Assembly: GCA_030390025.1 (NCBI GenBank)
Contig: CM059431.1
Location: forward strand, 115,322,001-115,386,000
Source of the DNA: Squalus acanthias
Taxonomy: Eukaryota
Reading direction: 5' to 3'
DNA length: 64,000 bases
Positions 62,425-64,000 of this stretch are shown piece after piece. The position numbers and the translations under genes were made by a program. Below the pieces are notes generated by a model that was given only the letters and a program-made list of their open reading frames with translations, was not told the DNA's origin and searched no databases. The stretch's first letter is position 1. Every line of letters starts with the position of its first letter.

Positions 62425-63698
62425 TCGTGGCTCAATTCCTCACTCCACTATTTCAGTGGAGGTGTTAAAGTGTTTAAAATGAAAGGATTAACGCCTCAGT
62501 TAAAATAGCGGAGAGAAGAATTTGATACAATTACATGAAGCGGTCATTGCGTAACATTGCAGCAGTAATTCCCGGCCTAGTAGAATTTAACATGGTACTG
62601 GCGCCTCTGGAGCTCCGAGACCATTAAAGGTGGAAGTAATGCGGCAATAACAGAACTGCTTCTCGTCTCTCGGTGCAGGCTATCTGGAATTTTTATGACT
62701 GAAAAATATATACTTTCACCACGCGCGTTGTCCATTCTCCTGCTACTGGGACTGATAAAACATACCCCTGTGGGCAGAGTTGTGCCAATAATGACAGCAG
62801 AATCATCTGGCACTTCCTCCTGCCTCAATTCATTTGGAGCCCTTCGAGATGTTATCACTGCAGTACTTCAGCTTTCATAAATAACATCCCATTTACAAGG
62901 GCAAGTCAACACGGCTCTGTTCCAGAGTAACTGGAAATGATTCCAGGTTTCCCTTTAGCTCACTTCTACCATTTATGTGGGAACAAAGTCAAAGTCTGTG
63001 TCTTTAACCTGCTGTCAAAAAAGGTTTCTACTGATATTACCCCGGTTGAAAAAGTAAACCAAAAGGTGAGTATGCATATTTAAGCTTTGAATCTGTCAAA
63101 AGATTCATCTTTAGTTCTATTGCATTACAACTGTTCTTGCCTTAAAGCCCAAAGTTCGCAATTAATCTCAAGTTTTCTTTCTTTTACCAATTAAGAAAGA
63201 GCTATTCTGAACCTTGCTGTGGAGATAAGCTGGTGGTGTTATGCATCAGTATTTGTGATAATTTATGCCACACCAGTGACAGATACCACATTTTTACAAT
63301 TATCGATATACTGTACACCATGAGTTTAAGTCAGATTTCCTCTGTGCATTAGAGGTAGTGGGCATAAATGTTATTGGCCAGTAATTTTTCTATGTTATTG
63401 TCAGCACCTCAATGAGTCACTTTTTTCCCTTTCTTGAAATTACTCATTAAGGCCTGCATTAATGTACAGACCTGGCATGGAAAAGTTCTATGCTTGTCAA
63501 GTCCCTTTTAATGGCTAATTAACAGGAAGCGTGCTAATTTGATCAGGATTTATTTCATTTGCACAGCACATTCACTTCCTCCAATTGAAACTGGAGTAAA
63601 GGCATTGGCGGAAGCTGGCAAAGTTTAAGGGATGAGCAGAGCATGGGATATCTCATGAAAATATTAAAAGAGGTGCCTTTCATTAAACAAAGCAACAC

Positions 63699-64000
63699 AA
63701 AGAAAGACTTGCATTTATATAGCGCCTTTCATGATCACTGGATATCTCAAAGCACTTTACAGTCACTAAAGTACTTTTGAAGTGGAGTCATAGTTGCAAT
63801 GTGGGAAACGCGGCAGCCAATTTGCGCACAGCAAAGTCCCGCAAACAGCAATGTGATAATGACCAGATAATCTGATTTTTTGTTTGAGAGAGAAGTATTG
63901 GCCAGGACACTGGGGATAACTCCCCTGCTCTTCTTCAAAATAGTGCCATGGGATCTTTTACATCCACCTGAGAGAGCAGACAGGGCCTCGGTTTAACATC
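63699..64000 (-). mobile_element. DeuSINE (SacSINE1-like), runs off the window end
   Basis: Homologous to 43761-44070. Confidence 0.9.

Overview
Eukaryotic, repeat-dense, apparently intergenic or deep-intronic DNA. The repeat repertoire (HE1-type V-SINE, SacSINE1/DeuSINE-type tRNA SINEs, many CR1/HER1-like and L2 LINEs) points to a cartilaginous fish, most likely a shark. I found no recognisable host protein-coding gene, RNA gene or CRISPR array. Almost all long ORFs are reverse-transcriptase, GIY-YIG, Harbinger DDE or Myb/SANT fragments, or their antisense shadows. Notable structure: (1) two long solo LTRs with TG..CA ends and exact 4-bp TSDs, each inside a CR1; (2) several Penelope-like fragments with minimal type I hammerhead ribozyme motifs, including a TSD-bounded palindrome with two opposed hammerheads; (3) a PIF/Harbinger set of transposase relics, four Myb/SANT partner-gene relics (one an open ~95-codon frame behind a splice acceptor) and many MITEs with 3-bp TSDs; (4) a young 5'-truncated RTE with an intact 481-codon ORF and 10-bp TSD; (5) AmnSINE2-like and LF-SINE-like ancient SINEs; (6) deeply nested insertions; (7) a few repeat-free islands that may be conserved non-coding elements. 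Family names come from recalled consensus motifs, not database searches. Boundaries without TSDs are approximate.
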